DNA of 64,000 nucleotides from an uncultured Candidatus Saccharibacteria bacterium (GCA_964467225.1 CAYXPQ010000001.1:6812-70811); one strand, 5' to 3'. Positions 30,487-39,637 are shown, counted from the stretch's first letter. The notes: a model not told the origin generated them from the sequence alone. Translations and numbers: made by a program.

Positions 30487-32583
30487 TTACTTTTTCTTTA
30501 TGAAATTTGGATCAAGTTGTTTGATTGAAAGATTGATCCTTTTCTTATCATCTACCTCCTTTATAATAACTGGGACAATCATTCCCTCTTTTATATAATC
30601 AGTAATCTTCTCAATTCTAAATGATGCAATCTCTGATACATGCACCAGGCCTTCAGTATTACCTGCAATTTTTACAAATACTCCAAAATCCATAACTTTT
30701 GTAACTTCACCTTCGAATTTCTCGCCAACCTTGTATTCTCTGGTCATATTGAATATCACATCTCTAGCTTTTTTGGCTGTGCCATTTTTGCCTGTAATAA
30801 ATACAGTTCCATCATCTTCAATAGTTATGTCTTCTACAGCAGTTTTTTCTTTTATTTCTTTGATTGTCTTGCCTCCAGTGCCAATTATTAAGCCAATCTG
30901 ATCTTGCTTTATAGTTAAGGTAAGTATTTCAGGTGCATTTGGAGAAATATCAGCTCTTGGTTTTGATATTTCCTTTTCAATTAAATCTAATATCTGCATT
31001 CTGGCATTCTTTGCTTTTTCAAATGCTTCTTCTAAGATTTTTAATGGAATTCCATTTACTTTTACGTCCATTTGTATAGCGGTTATACCCTGTCTTGTAC
31101 CTGCTACCTTGAAATCCATATCTCCATGATGATCTTCAGGACCCTGAATATCTGTTAGAACTTTGTATTGTTTCTCGTTTCTCATCATTAAGCCAGAAGC
31201 AATACCTGCTACTGGAGATTTAATAGGTACTCCTGCATCCATAAGGGCTAGAGTTGATCCACATACTGAACCCATAGAAGTAGATCCATTAGATGAGAAA
31301 GCTTCCGATACTATTCTTATTGTGTAAGGGAATATTTCTTTTGCAGGGATTATTGGTAACAAAGCTTTCTCAGCAAGTGCTCCATGACCTATCATTCTTC
31401 TATTTGTTCCTCCAACTTTACCCGTTTCTCCTGTTGAGAATGGTGGGAAATTATAATGATGCATAAATCTTTTATTTTCTGATTGTTCCATACCGTCTAA
31501 TACTTGTGCATCTCCAGGGCCACCTAGTGTCAAAGCAGAGAGAACATGAGTTGCTCCCCTATAGAATATTCCAGTTCCATGTATCATAGGTGAGATTCCT
31601 CCTGCCTTAACAAAAAGCTCTCTTATTTCATCCATTCCCCTTCCATCTGCTCTTCGGTTATTATTTATTGCTTCGTTGTGAAGTATTTCGTTTATTGTTT
31701 CATCCAATAATTCTATTGCCAAACTTTTATTACCATCAGGAATTTCTTTTGAAAATTTATCCATCCAAATTTCCGCTATCTCAGATAATTTCTCTTTATT
31801 TGAATTATTAAAAATATAATCAGGTAGAATTGGAAGTATTTCCTTATCAAATAATTCCTTTGTACCAGGAGTAATTGTGGGTTTATCAACTTTTCTTTTC
31901 TCTTTACCTATTTCTTTTATAATATTCTTTTGCCAGTTTTGTATTTTTTCTATTTCTTCACTTGCTTTTAATAATGCTTGGTTAATTACACTCTCACTTA
32001 CTTCATTTCCTCCAACTTCAATCATATTTATTAATCTATCTTTACCACAAGCTACTAGGTCAAATGAAATACCAACCTCATCTCTTGTTTTGTAATTGGG
32101 ATTTACATGGAAATTCTCATTTTTTGCAATTCTCACCGCAGATACTGGACCATTCCATGGAATATCTGAGGTACCTAATGCCAATGACGCAGCAATTACA
32201 GAAATAACATCAGGATCATCTTCATCTATAGAAAGAACGGTTAGAATAACTTGAATTTCATTCCTAATATGATGATCAAATAGAGGTCGTATTGTTCTAT
32301 CCACTATTCTTCCAGAAAGAATCGCTTCATCGCTCGGTCTGCCCTCTCTTCTGATGAATCTACTACCTAGAATTTTGCCTGATGCATAGAATCTCTCCTC
32401 ATATTCAACTGTTAAAGGGAAAAAGTCTATGTCTTTCTGTGTTTTACCCATCACTGCTGTTGCTAGTACAACTGTATTGCCGTACCTGACCATTACTGAA
32501 CCGTGTGCTTGTTCTGCCAAATCATTAAATTCTGCTGTCAGAGTCTTACCGCCGACTTCAAGGGTAAATTGTTTTGATTTCAT
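30487..32583 (-). CDS. pnp: polyribonucleotide nucleotidyltransferase
   Basis: DFFPLTVEYEER, HHYNFPPFSTGE, SNGSTSMGS, GDMDFKVAG, KH and S1 domains. Confidence 0.97.
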   Translation of the reverse strand: MKSKQFTLEVGGKTLTAEFNDLAEQAHGSVMVRYGNTVVLATAVMGKTQKDIDFFPLTVEYEERFYASGKILGSRFIRREGRPSDEAILSGRIVDRTIRPLFDHHIRNEIQVILTVLSIDEDDPDVISVIAASLALGTSDIPWNGPVSAVRIAKNENFHVNPNYKTRDEVGISFDLVACGKDRLINMIEVGGNEVSESVINQALLKASEEIEKIQNWQKNIIKEIGKEKRKVDKPTITPGTKELFDKEILPILPDYIFNNSNKEKLSEIAEIWMDKFSKEIPDGNKSLAIELLDETINEILHNEAINNNRRADGRGMDEIRELFVKAGGISPMIHGTGIFYRGATHVLSALTLGGPGDAQVLDGMEQSENKRFMHHYNFPPFSTGETGKVGGTNRRMIGHGALAEKALLPIIPAKEIFPYTIRIVSEAFSSNGSTSMGSVCGSTLALMDAGVPIKSPVAGIASGLMMRNEKQYKVLTDIQGPEDHHGDMDFKVAGTRQGITAIQMDVKVNGIPLKILEEAFEKAKNARMQILDLIEKEISKPRADISPNAPEILTLTIKQDQIGLIIGTGGKTIKEIKEKTAVEDITIEDDGTVFITGKNGTAKKARDVIFNMTREYKVGEKFEGEVTKVMDFGVFVKIAGNTEGLVHVSEIASFRIEKITDYIKEGMIVPVIIKEVDDKKRINLSIKQLDPNFIKKK

Positions 32584-32681
32584 AGTGGAAATAATAACAT
32601 TTTGATTTGAGGTTTACTATTTGTTGACAAAAAGGATATAAAAGGCAATATAGAATAAGACTTTGCCAGAATTAACTGGTA

Positions 32682-33131
32682 ATGCAAAACAAAGGATTGT
32701 TTGTGAAAATTAAGGTGAATATCTTTGGTTGTGATGATCACTTCAATAATTTGAGTGAGCGGAATCGTCACATATTTCGCACGGCAATTGTTGATAAATT
32801 TGTAGAACAGGCAAGGCAACGTAATCTTAAAATACCTGAGTATGATTCGGATCATGATTTGGCTGTGTATCAACTCGGTTTACCAATTTTTCGTCTTTAT
32901 TTTGCAGATGTTATTCTGCGTATTGAGGATGGAGAACAGGTGCCAGATATAGAAAATCTTTATTCTCTATCAACTGCGATTGGTGAACTTTGGGATGAAT
33001 TTGTCAGATCCTTCATTGATACTGGAGGATTTGTGGGGCTCAGATTGATATGTAAGGACAGACAATTTCGTTGGAGCTTTGAGGGGAGAGTCGTACCAGA
33101 AGAAAAGCATACCCACACTATCAATCCTTAA
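32682..33131 (+). CDS. orphan hypothetical protein
   Basis: 149-aa ORF with upstream TTGACA and downstream terminator; no recognisable motif. Confidence 0.6.
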   Translation: MQNKGLFVKIKVNIFGCDDHFNNLSERNRHIFRTAIVDKFVEQARQRNLKIPEYDSDHDLAVYQLGLPIFRLYFADVILRIEDGEQVPDIENLYSLSTAIGELWDEFVRSFIDTGGFVGLRLICKDRQFRWSFEGRVVPEEKHTHTINP

Positions 33132-33149
33132 TGATGTGTGTGAGGTCAC

Positions 33150-33185
33150 AAAAGCCAGCGGTTCGTATACTCGCTGGCTTTTCTC
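33150..33185 (+). terminator. intrinsic terminator
   Basis: AAAGCCAGCG...CGCTGGCTTTT. Confidence 0.8.
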
Positions 33186-33209
33186 TATTGTATATCTATG
33201 GATAATACT

Positions 33210-33247
33210 GTTGATAATTGACAGTAAACTATCAACTATGATAATAT
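33210..33247 (+). promoter_or_regulatory. sigma70 promoter overlapped by inverted-repeat operator
   Basis: GTTGATA-N13-TATCAAC (33210-33236) flanking TTGACA (33218); TAATAT 33242-33247. Confidence 0.55.
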
Positions 33248-33253
33248 TACCCC

Positions 33254-34231
33254 ATGGTAACCAGCACATATCATGATATTTATGAATACATTAATAAAAA
33301 TGGACAAGCTTCAATTGTTGAGCTTTTTAATCATTTTAAAATATCTAGGCAGGCAATTTTTAGGCATATTAATAGACTACAAAAGGAGGATCTAATTTAT
33401 AAAATTGGTAAATCACCAAGGGTGTTTTATTTACCTAAAAAACAATCAAAAATAGCAAATACAGGCATTATATCAGAGGATAAGAAAGAAATTATCAATG
33501 AAAATTACCTTATTATTACTCCAGACGGGAGAAGACTAGAAGGAGTTGAAGGGTTCGAATATTGGTGTGATAAACATAATTTACCTATAGAAAAGACTGC
33601 AAATGAATATGTTGATACATTAAAAAAGTATAATAAATATAAAAATGAAGGACTAATTAATGCCACCTCAAAAATTAAAGATAGTTTTGAAGAAATTGGT
33701 CTAGATGCCTTGTATTATAAGGATTTCTATAGCATTGAGAGATTTGGAAAGACCAAACTTGGACTGATTCTCCTCTATGCTAAGCAAAGCCAAGATAGAA
33801 ATCTAATAAAAGAGATTGAGAACATTATAAGACCTTCCATTGTTGATATTATTAATAATAATGATATTGATGCTATTGGGTTCATTCCTCCAACAGTAAA
33901 ACGCGAAGTACAACTTATGAGGGAACTTGAAAGATCACTTAGTATATCTTTACCGATAATAAATTTGGTAAAAATTAAAGGCGATATAGCTATTCCACAA
34001 AAGACCTTGAATAAAATTGAAGATAGAATAGAAAATGCTAGAAAATCTATTATTCTTGATGATAAGAAAGTATATAATAATATTCTTTTGATTGATGATG
34101 CTGTAGGTTCTGGTGCCACTCTAAATGAAACTGCAATTCAAATCAAGAATAGACAACTCTGCAAAGGTAAAATAATTGGATTAGCTATTACAGGTAGCTT
34201 TAAAGGATTTGATGTGATAAGTGAGGTGTAA
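33254..34231 (+). CDS. N-terminal winged HTH plus phosphoribosyltransferase-fold protein
   Basis: SIVELFNHFKISRQAIFRHINRL HTH; ILLIDDAVGSGATLNE PRPP-binding loop. Confidence 0.85.
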   Translation: MVTSTYHDIYEYINKNGQASIVELFNHFKISRQAIFRHINRLQKEDLIYKIGKSPRVFYLPKKQSKIANTGIISEDKKEIINENYLIITPDGRRLEGVEGFEYWCDKHNLPIEKTANEYVDTLKKYNKYKNEGLINATSKIKDSFEEIGLDALYYKDFYSIERFGKTKLGLILLYAKQSQDRNLIKEIENIIRPSIVDIINNNDIDAIGFIPPTVKREVQLMRELERSLSISLPIINLVKIKGDIAIPQKTLNKIEDRIENARKSIILDDKKVYNNILLIDDAVGSGATLNETAIQIKNRQLCKGKIIGLAITGSFKGFDVISEV

Positions 34232-34232
34232 T

Positions 34233-34850
34233 CTATTCTTGTCCCGATAAATCTGCGATCTCATCTGCTACAGTTCCCAAAGTAGCATCTTTCGGTCCCC
34301 TTTTCTTAAAACTTGCTCTGAAATTTGATTTACCTTTAGCATGGCCTCCAATTAAATATTTCTTAACATCCTCATCAAGATCAAAGAAATCATCAACAGC
34401 CTCACGTAATTTAACTGAAGTAGACTTACCAAATGAAACAACTTCTACTTGGCAACCCTCATTTGTTTGTAAATATTCTACCAACGGTACAAAGTCTCCA
34501 TCCCCTGTTACAAGAATAACAGCATCAAGCTTGGGTGCCATTTTGACCGCATCAATAGCCATTCCAACATCCCAATCTGCCTTTTTAGCACCACTTCCGA
34601 ATATTTGAAGATCTTTTGTTTTTGTTTCTATTCCCATTTTTGTCAAAGCTTCAAAAAATGCCTTCTCATCTCCCGCTTCAGTGGTTATAACATAAGCTAT
34701 GGCTCTAATAAGCGATCTATCGCCTACTACATCTTTTACTATTTGGCCAAAATTAACTTTTGAATGGTATAGATTCTTAGCACTATGGTAGATGTTTTGA
34801 GTATCTATAAAAACTCCAACTCTCTGTTCTCTGTGTTTTATTACTGACAT
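34233..34850 (-). CDS. NYN domain (LabA/DUF88) protein
   Basis: VFIDTQNI, KADWDVGMAID, LVTGDGDFVPL, S..L...D.F motifs. Confidence 0.9.
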   Translation of the reverse strand: MSVIKHREQRVGVFIDTQNIYHSAKNLYHSKVNFGQIVKDVVGDRSLIRAIAYVITTEAGDEKAFFEALTKMGIETKTKDLQIFGSGAKKADWDVGMAIDAVKMAPKLDAVILVTGDGDFVPLVEYLQTNEGCQVEVVSFGKSTSVKLREAVDDFFDLDEDVKKYLIGGHAKGKSNFRASFKKRGPKDATLGTVADEIADLSGQE

Positions 34851-34935
34851 ATAAAAATATTAAAATTATAAAAACTTATAAAATGCAATTTGCTTATTAA
34901 AATCAATACAGATAGATTATATCATTAAAATCACA

Positions 34936-34953
34936 AACCGCCTTTTGGCGGTT
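34936..34953 (-). terminator. terminator hairpin after rpsO
   Basis: AACCGCC-tttt-GGCGGTT. Confidence 0.7.
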
Positions 34954-34962
34954 CATAATGTC

Positions 34963-35232
34963 TTATTTTGCCTTAAGGTCTAGCTTCTTAGCGATACTTG
35001 CATGTCGCTTAGGGTGCTTTTTCTTTAGATAGTTCATGTGAGACTGTCTATCAGCAACCATAGCTAGCAAACCTCGTCTTGAGTGATTATCTTTCTTGTG
35101 TTTCTTCAAATGACTAGCTAATTCTTCGATTCTCTTCGTTAATATTGAAATTTGAACCTCTGGAGAACCAGTGTCCTTGTCGTGAATTGCTGATGATTTA
35201 ATGATATTTGTCTTCTGTCGTGTTGTTAACAT
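34963..35232 (-). CDS. rpsO: 30S ribosomal protein S15
   Basis: DTGSPEVQISILT, HLKKHKKDNHSRRGLL. Confidence 0.97.
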   Translation of the reverse strand: MLTTRQKTNIIKSSAIHDKDTGSPEVQISILTKRIEELASHLKKHKKDNHSRRGLLAMVADRQSHMNYLKKKHPKRHASIAKKLDLKAK

Positions 35233-35284
35233 TGCTTGATTATCGTAGCATAAATAACTTTAAAGCGCAAGGGGTTGTTGACTA

Positions 35285-35324
35285 GAAAGAAGAAAACCCC
35301 AGACAATACATCACGTCTGGGGTT
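35285..35324 (-). terminator. intrinsic terminator
   Basis: AACCCCAGAC/GTCTGGGGTT stem followed by U-rich tail on minus strand. Confidence 0.75.
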
Positions 35325-35731
35325 ATACTGCGACCCACCTTCGTCTTGTGACTTGGTGGCGCCGAGGTCGTTCAGTTTTGGCTAGTGTTCTTGTTTTCGA
35401 AATGCTTCGGCGGGCTGTTCATGGGTGCCTTTCCCTTTTGGATTCACGGAATTGCATTCTTTTTTGGTCTCTCAAGGGATTGCGCTTACCCACACTACGT
35501 GGGGTGCATCTTCTTCACGATGACTCCTTTCTTTGTCGATTTCCCTTCTCTGGCGTGAGGCCGGGGCCGGGTGATCAGGAATTATTTTTTCCGACGCTGA
35601 CACCGACAGGGGGCGGTCCGTTGTTCATGGCTCCTTTTGTTGAGCTTTTAGCTCAGGCGATTATCATGCGTAGGAAGTGATCTACTGTGTTATTCACCTT
35701 GGTGAGTCACAGTCCATCAAACCTACATCTG
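35285..35731 (-). ncRNA. GC-rich structured transcript of unknown type (ncRNA or small-ORF mRNA)
   Basis: Bounded by near-consensus promoter and terminator; hand count about 52% GC over 35321-35640; multiple hairpins; ORFs of 17, 7 and 16 aa. Confidence 0.5.
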
Positions 35732-35737
35732 CACATG

Positions 35738-35765
35738 AGTATAGCATATACAGATTTTTTGTCAA
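35738..35765 (-). promoter_or_regulatory. strong sigma70 promoter
   Basis: TTGACA-16-TATACT with TG extension on minus strand. Confidence 0.75.
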
Positions 35766-35802
35766 GTACTTTAAATTTTACATAAAAGCTATACTTTATA
35801 GC

Positions 35803-36741
35803 ATGTCGCACAATCTCAAAGATTTAAAAACTGATTTCCTACAATATACCGAGATAGAAAAGGGTCGAAGTCTCAATACTGTTCGTAATTATGATCAGTA
35901 TTTAAGCCGTTTTTTAGACTATACGAAGATAAAAGATCCTAAGGATATTACTGATAATAAAGTCCGAGATTTCCGTATTTGGCTCAATAGACAAGAGGCA
36001 AAAAAGGAGAAAGGAATGGCTCCTACAACACTCAAAAAGCGAACTCAAAATTACTATTTGATTGCACTTAGAGCTTTCCTCAAATATCTGGCTAGACAAG
36101 GCATAAATTCCCTCGCACCGGATAGGATTGAGCTCGCAAAGGTTCCAGAAAGGTCGCTGGACTTGATTACTATTGAAGAATTGGAGCGATTATTGAAAGC
36201 TCCTGATACTACAACCCTACGAGGATTGAGAGATAAGGCGATTTTGGAGTTACTTTTCTCTACTGGCCTTCGTATTTCCGAATTATGCTCTCTTCCTCGT
36301 GATATAAATTTAAAATTAGATGAAATGTCGGTCAGAGGTAAAGGAGAAAAAGTCAGAGTTGTATTTATTTCTGATGATGCTAAAACAGCTGTTAAAAATT
36401 ATTTAGACAAGAGAGATGATATGGACGATGCCCTATTTGTTCAAATACTAGGCAAAGGTAATGAAAAACTGGCTCAAAAGAGAGATTCATTAAGAATAAC
36501 TCCTCGTTCGGTAGAGAGAATAATCAAACAATACGCCATAAAATGCGGAATATCAAAAAAAGTTACCCCTCATGTGATAAGACACAGTTTTGCAACTGAT
36601 TTATTGAGAAATGGTGCTGATCTTCGCTCGGTTCAGATGTTGCTAGGTCATGCAAATATCAATACCACCCAGATATATACACATGTTACTGACAGTGAAT
36701 TAAAGAAAATCCATAAGAAATTTCATAGGAAAAGTGAATAA
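35803..36741 (+). CDS. XerC/XerD-family tyrosine recombinase (start likely 35803)
   Basis: TGLRISEL, GKGEK, HVIRHSFAT, LLGHANINTTQIYTH. Confidence 0.93.
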   Translation: MSHNLKDLKTDFLQYTEIEKGRSLNTVRNYDQYLSRFLDYTKIKDPKDITDNKVRDFRIWLNRQEAKKEKGMAPTTLKKRTQNYYLIALRAFLKYLARQGINSLAPDRIELAKVPERSLDLITIEELERLLKAPDTTTLRGLRDKAILELLFSTGLRISELCSLPRDINLKLDEMSVRGKGEKVRVVFISDDAKTAVKNYLDKRDDMDDALFVQILGKGNEKLAQKRDSLRITPRSVERIIKQYAIKCGISKKVTPHVIRHSFATDLLRNGADLRSVQMLLGHANINTTQIYTHVTDSELKKIHKKFHRKSE

Positions 36742-36768
36742 TTCCATATCATCTGATAATATTAGTGC

Positions 36769-37557
36769 ATGAGAATAATTTGTTGGAATGTAAATGGTAT
36801 TCGTGCAAATATCAAAAAAGGCGGTTTTGATTGGATTTTACAACAATCTCCGGATTTTTTCTGTTTACAGGAGACCAAGGCACATCCTGAACAATTAGAC
36901 GACGGAACTAGAAATCCACTAGGATATTACTCATATTTTGACCATTCTAAGCTAAAAAAGGGTTATAGTGGGGTTGCAATTTATACAAAGATTAAGCCAA
37001 CCAAGGTAGATTACGCACTTGGAGTGAAGGAATTGGATCAAGAAGGTAGATTTCTAGCCCTATTTTATGCTGATGAAAGCATTGTGGGTAGTAAATTTGT
37101 ATTAATTACATGTTACTTCCCTAATGGGGGCGGAGGACCAGCACGATTGGCGTATAAATTAGAATTTTATGAAGAATTTTTGAAATATATTAATAAACAA
37201 AAAAAAGCAGGATATGAAATAATATTTTGTGGTGACATTAATACAGCTCACAATGAGATAGATTTGGCACGTCCAAAAGAAAATGAAAAGAACACTGGTT
37301 TCCTTCCAGAAGAAAGATCGTGGATAGATAAAGTTATTAACAATGGTTATTTAGATATTTATAGAAAAATTAATCCTGATAAAAAGGATCAATACACATG
37401 GTGGGATATGAAAACTTTTGCACGAGAAAGAAACGTCGGATGGAGAATTGATTATTTCTTCATAAGTCCAAATTTGGAAAGCAAGATCAAAAAAGCTAAT
37501 ATTCTCAACACTGTTTATGGTTCTGACCACTGTCCTATAGAATTAATTTTAAAATAA
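36769..37557 (+). CDS. xth: exodeoxyribonuclease III
   Basis: WNVNGIRA, LQETK, GYSGVA, GDINTAH, GWRIDY, SDHCP. Confidence 0.96.
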   Translation: MRIICWNVNGIRANIKKGGFDWILQQSPDFFCLQETKAHPEQLDDGTRNPLGYYSYFDHSKLKKGYSGVAIYTKIKPTKVDYALGVKELDQEGRFLALFYADESIVGSKFVLITCYFPNGGGGPARLAYKLEFYEEFLKYINKQKKAGYEIIFCGDINTAHNEIDLARPKENEKNTGFLPEERSWIDKVINNGYLDIYRKINPDKKDQYTWWDMKTFARERNVGWRIDYFFISPNLESKIKKANILNTVYGSDHCPIELILK

Positions 37558-37584
37558 ATTATATTGTCTTTTATAAAAGAAAAG

Positions 37585-37698
37585 TTATCCACAGATTTTA
37601 TTTGCAATGTCCTTTACATGTCTTTTATGGTTGCTATAATAATGCACAGATAAGTTGAGTTATTAACCAAGGATTAACTTGACAATGTTCTTTCAAAA
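37585..37698 (+). promoter_or_regulatory. DnaA box, extended -10 promoter, hairpin and boxA-like element
   Basis: TTATCCACA 37585-37593; TTTACA-16-TATAAT 37613-37640 with TG; hairpin 37652-37680; TGTTCTTTCAAAA 37686-37698. Confidence 0.55.
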
Positions 37699-37832
37699 GT
37701 AAGGGGTAGTATTGTTATCATTTTGAAATTCTTTTCAGAGAGATGGCGACCCTTCTTAGGTTTAGCTGAGGCATTGCATTTTTTCGCATTTTTTTAAGTT
37801 CCTCGTTGGAACACTCATTTGTAGGAAAATTT

Positions 37833-37973
37833 ATGCAACCCCTCCCTATTACTTGGGTTGATGGTCAGTTGTCGCGGATCTTTGATCCCTTCTGGATCAT
37901 GTTGGTCCCTCTGTATAAGCCAAGAATTTCCACAACCGCAGACTTTGTTCGGTTCTCTCATTTTCTAACCTGA
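37833..37973 (+). CDS. putative 46-aa small protein MQPLPITWVDGQLSRIFDPFWIMLVPLYKPRISTTADFVRFSHFLT
   Basis: ATG preceded by AGGA; downstream hairpin 37977-37994; below ORF-track cutoff. Confidence 0.35.
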   Translation: MQPLPITWVDGQLSRIFDPFWIMLVPLYKPRISTTADFVRFSHFLT

Positions 37974-38015
37974 GACCCGTCCATTTGGATGCGGTTGATT
38001 TGTATTTAAATATTA

Positions 38016-38037
38016 ATATGGCTCAATAGAGCCATAT
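38016..38037. terminator. hairpin between convergent units
   Basis: ATATGGCTC-aata-GAGCCATAT. Confidence 0.55.
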
Positions 38038-38043
38038 AATATA

Positions 38044-38681
38044 TGTTTCATGTGAAATAATGACACAATGTTAATCATGAAACATGGTATTTCTTGTGTA
38101 TATGTTCTATATTCTTGTTTTCTACCTCGTCTTTCTTGTTTCTACCAATTTCTGCAAGTTTTGCCAAATCATCAAAAGTCATTTTAGACATCTCTAAGGC
38201 TCTATTTTCTAGGTGCTCAGGTGTGTTTAGAGCAGGATTATCAAGCACTTCTTCCATTAGAGCATTAAGAATATTACCAATTACTGGTCCAGGTGTTACA
38301 TGTGTAACATCCATAATTCTTTTACCGTCAATCTTAAGCATGGCAACAGATATAGGGTCTCTAAGAGCCTCTTCAATCATTGACTGATACTTTCTGAGTC
38401 TGTACGGATTTTCCTTAGGTCTTCCAGTACCAACTCTATCGCATATTCTTATATTCATTAGGTCCCATATATTGTCTCTGCCTACATTATTTATCATCCT
38501 TCTTACAGCAGAAAGGGTAATAGTTGCAGTATCAGAGAAAAACATATGCCATCTTACCATTTTAACTACTTTTTCAATTGTTTTTGTGGGAAACTTTAGT
38601 CTTTCAAGTATTTTTTGCGTTACACGTGAACCAACAACTTCATGGCCGTAGAATGTAAATTGATTGGTTTCATGTGAAATT
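38044..38681. other. cluster of four parS-like sites
   Basis: TGTTTCATGTGAAATA 38044, TGTTACATGTGTAACA 38294, CGTTACACGTGAACCA 38618, GGTTTCATGTGAAATT 38666; consensus TGTTNCACGTGAAACA. Confidence 0.7.
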
Positions 38682-39553
38682 CTTCTTGTTTCTGGCTTTG
38701 AAATGTCGTGAAATAGGGCAGAAAGTCTTATTTCTAGGGACCAATTCTTATCTGCGGAATGCTGAAGCGTTCTAAGAAGGTGTTCCCAAACATCATAAGC
38801 ATGTGCCTGATTTTGCTCTACATTCTTGGTTTTGATCAATTCTGGTACAACATATTCTAAAACACCAAGTCTATCCATAAGTTCAATGCCAAATTTGGGA
38901 TTATTAGACATTATTATTCTTACAAATTCATCCCTAATCCTCTCAATAGAAATCCTTTTTAGTAGAACAGAGTGGCTAACTATAGCCTTCTCTGTATCAA
39001 TGTTAATCATGAAACCTAATTCTGTCGACAATCTTATTGCTCTCAGTATTCTTAAAGCATCTTCTTTGAATCTATCATCTGCATTTCCAACAGCCCTAAT
39101 GGTTTTGTCCTTTATGTCTTTTAAACCATCAAAATTATCAACTATGTCTTTTATTGAACCATTCGATAAGCTTATTGCAATTGAGTTAATCGTGAAATCT
39201 CGTCTTTTAAGATCGTCATTGATGCTTTTGCTGAATTTAACTTGATCAGGGTGTCTATGGTCAGTATATGAGCTTTCAAGGCGATATGGAGTGACTTCAA
39301 CTATTTTTAATTTGTCATCACTAGTGTTTTCATTTACAACTCCAACTGTGCCGTAATCATTCTCGTAGAAAGTTTTGGGGAAGAGGGGAATTATTTGTTC
39401 CGGGGTAGCATTTGTGGTTATATCCCAATCTTTAGGGGTTTTACCAAGTAATATGTCCCTTGTACAGCCACCAACAAGAAAAGCTTCAAAACCAGCTTTT
39501 TCAAGGGTTTCGATTATTTCAGTAATTTCTTCGGGTATTACTTGATTTTTCAT
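38075..39553 (-). CDS. cca: CCA tRNA nucleotidyltransferase with HD domain
   Basis: VGGCTRD, DWDITT, RRDFTIN, EDALRILRA, LFHDISK. Confidence 0.92.
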   Translation of the reverse strand: MKNQVIPEEITEIIETLEKAGFEAFLVGGCTRDILLGKTPKDWDITTNATPEQIIPLFPKTFYENDYGTVGVVNENTSDDKLKIVEVTPYRLESSYTDHRHPDQVKFSKSINDDLKRRDFTINSIAISLSNGSIKDIVDNFDGLKDIKDKTIRAVGNADDRFKEDALRILRAIRLSTELGFMINIDTEKAIVSHSVLLKRISIERIRDEFVRIIMSNNPKFGIELMDRLGVLEYVVPELIKTKNVEQNQAHAYDVWEHLLRTLQHSADKNWSLEIRLSALFHDISKPETRRISHETNQFTFYGHEVVGSRVTQKILERLKFPTKTIEKVVKMVRWHMFFSDTATITLSAVRRMINNVGRDNIWDLMNIRICDRVGTGRPKENPYRLRKYQSMIEEALRDPISVAMLKIDGKRIMDVTHVTPGPVIGNILNALMEEVLDNPALNTPEHLENRALEMSKMTFDDLAKLAEIGRNKKDEVENKNIEHIHKKYHVS

Positions 39554-39637
39554 GATATGATTGTAGCAATAATGCTATGTTTTTCATAGTATTTGTTAAA
39601 TATAACAAAAAGGGTATATTAAGCAGTGTTTGAATAT

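Noticed and set aside
35348-35680. 110-aa + strand ORF in the GC-rich intergenic region
   Set aside because: Promoter, purine-rich motifs and terminator polarity all point to the minus strand; the peptide looks like an antisense shadow.
35285-35731. tmRNA, RNase P RNA or SRP RNA as the identity of this region
   Set aside because: No tRNA-like ends or tag peptide, no GAGGAAAGUCC motif, and no SRP GGAA loop with AGCAG context found on either strand.
35803-36741. Tyrosine recombinase as a prophage or ICE integrase
   Set aside because: Sequence is XerC/D-like, neighbours are housekeeping genes, and no att repeat or phage genes are visible.
38066-39015. Exact 18-bp direct repeat CAATGTTAATCATGAAAC at 38066 and 38998
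   Set aside because: One copy is inside cca, nothing mobile lies between them, and the parS match is weak; treated as chance or degenerate parS.
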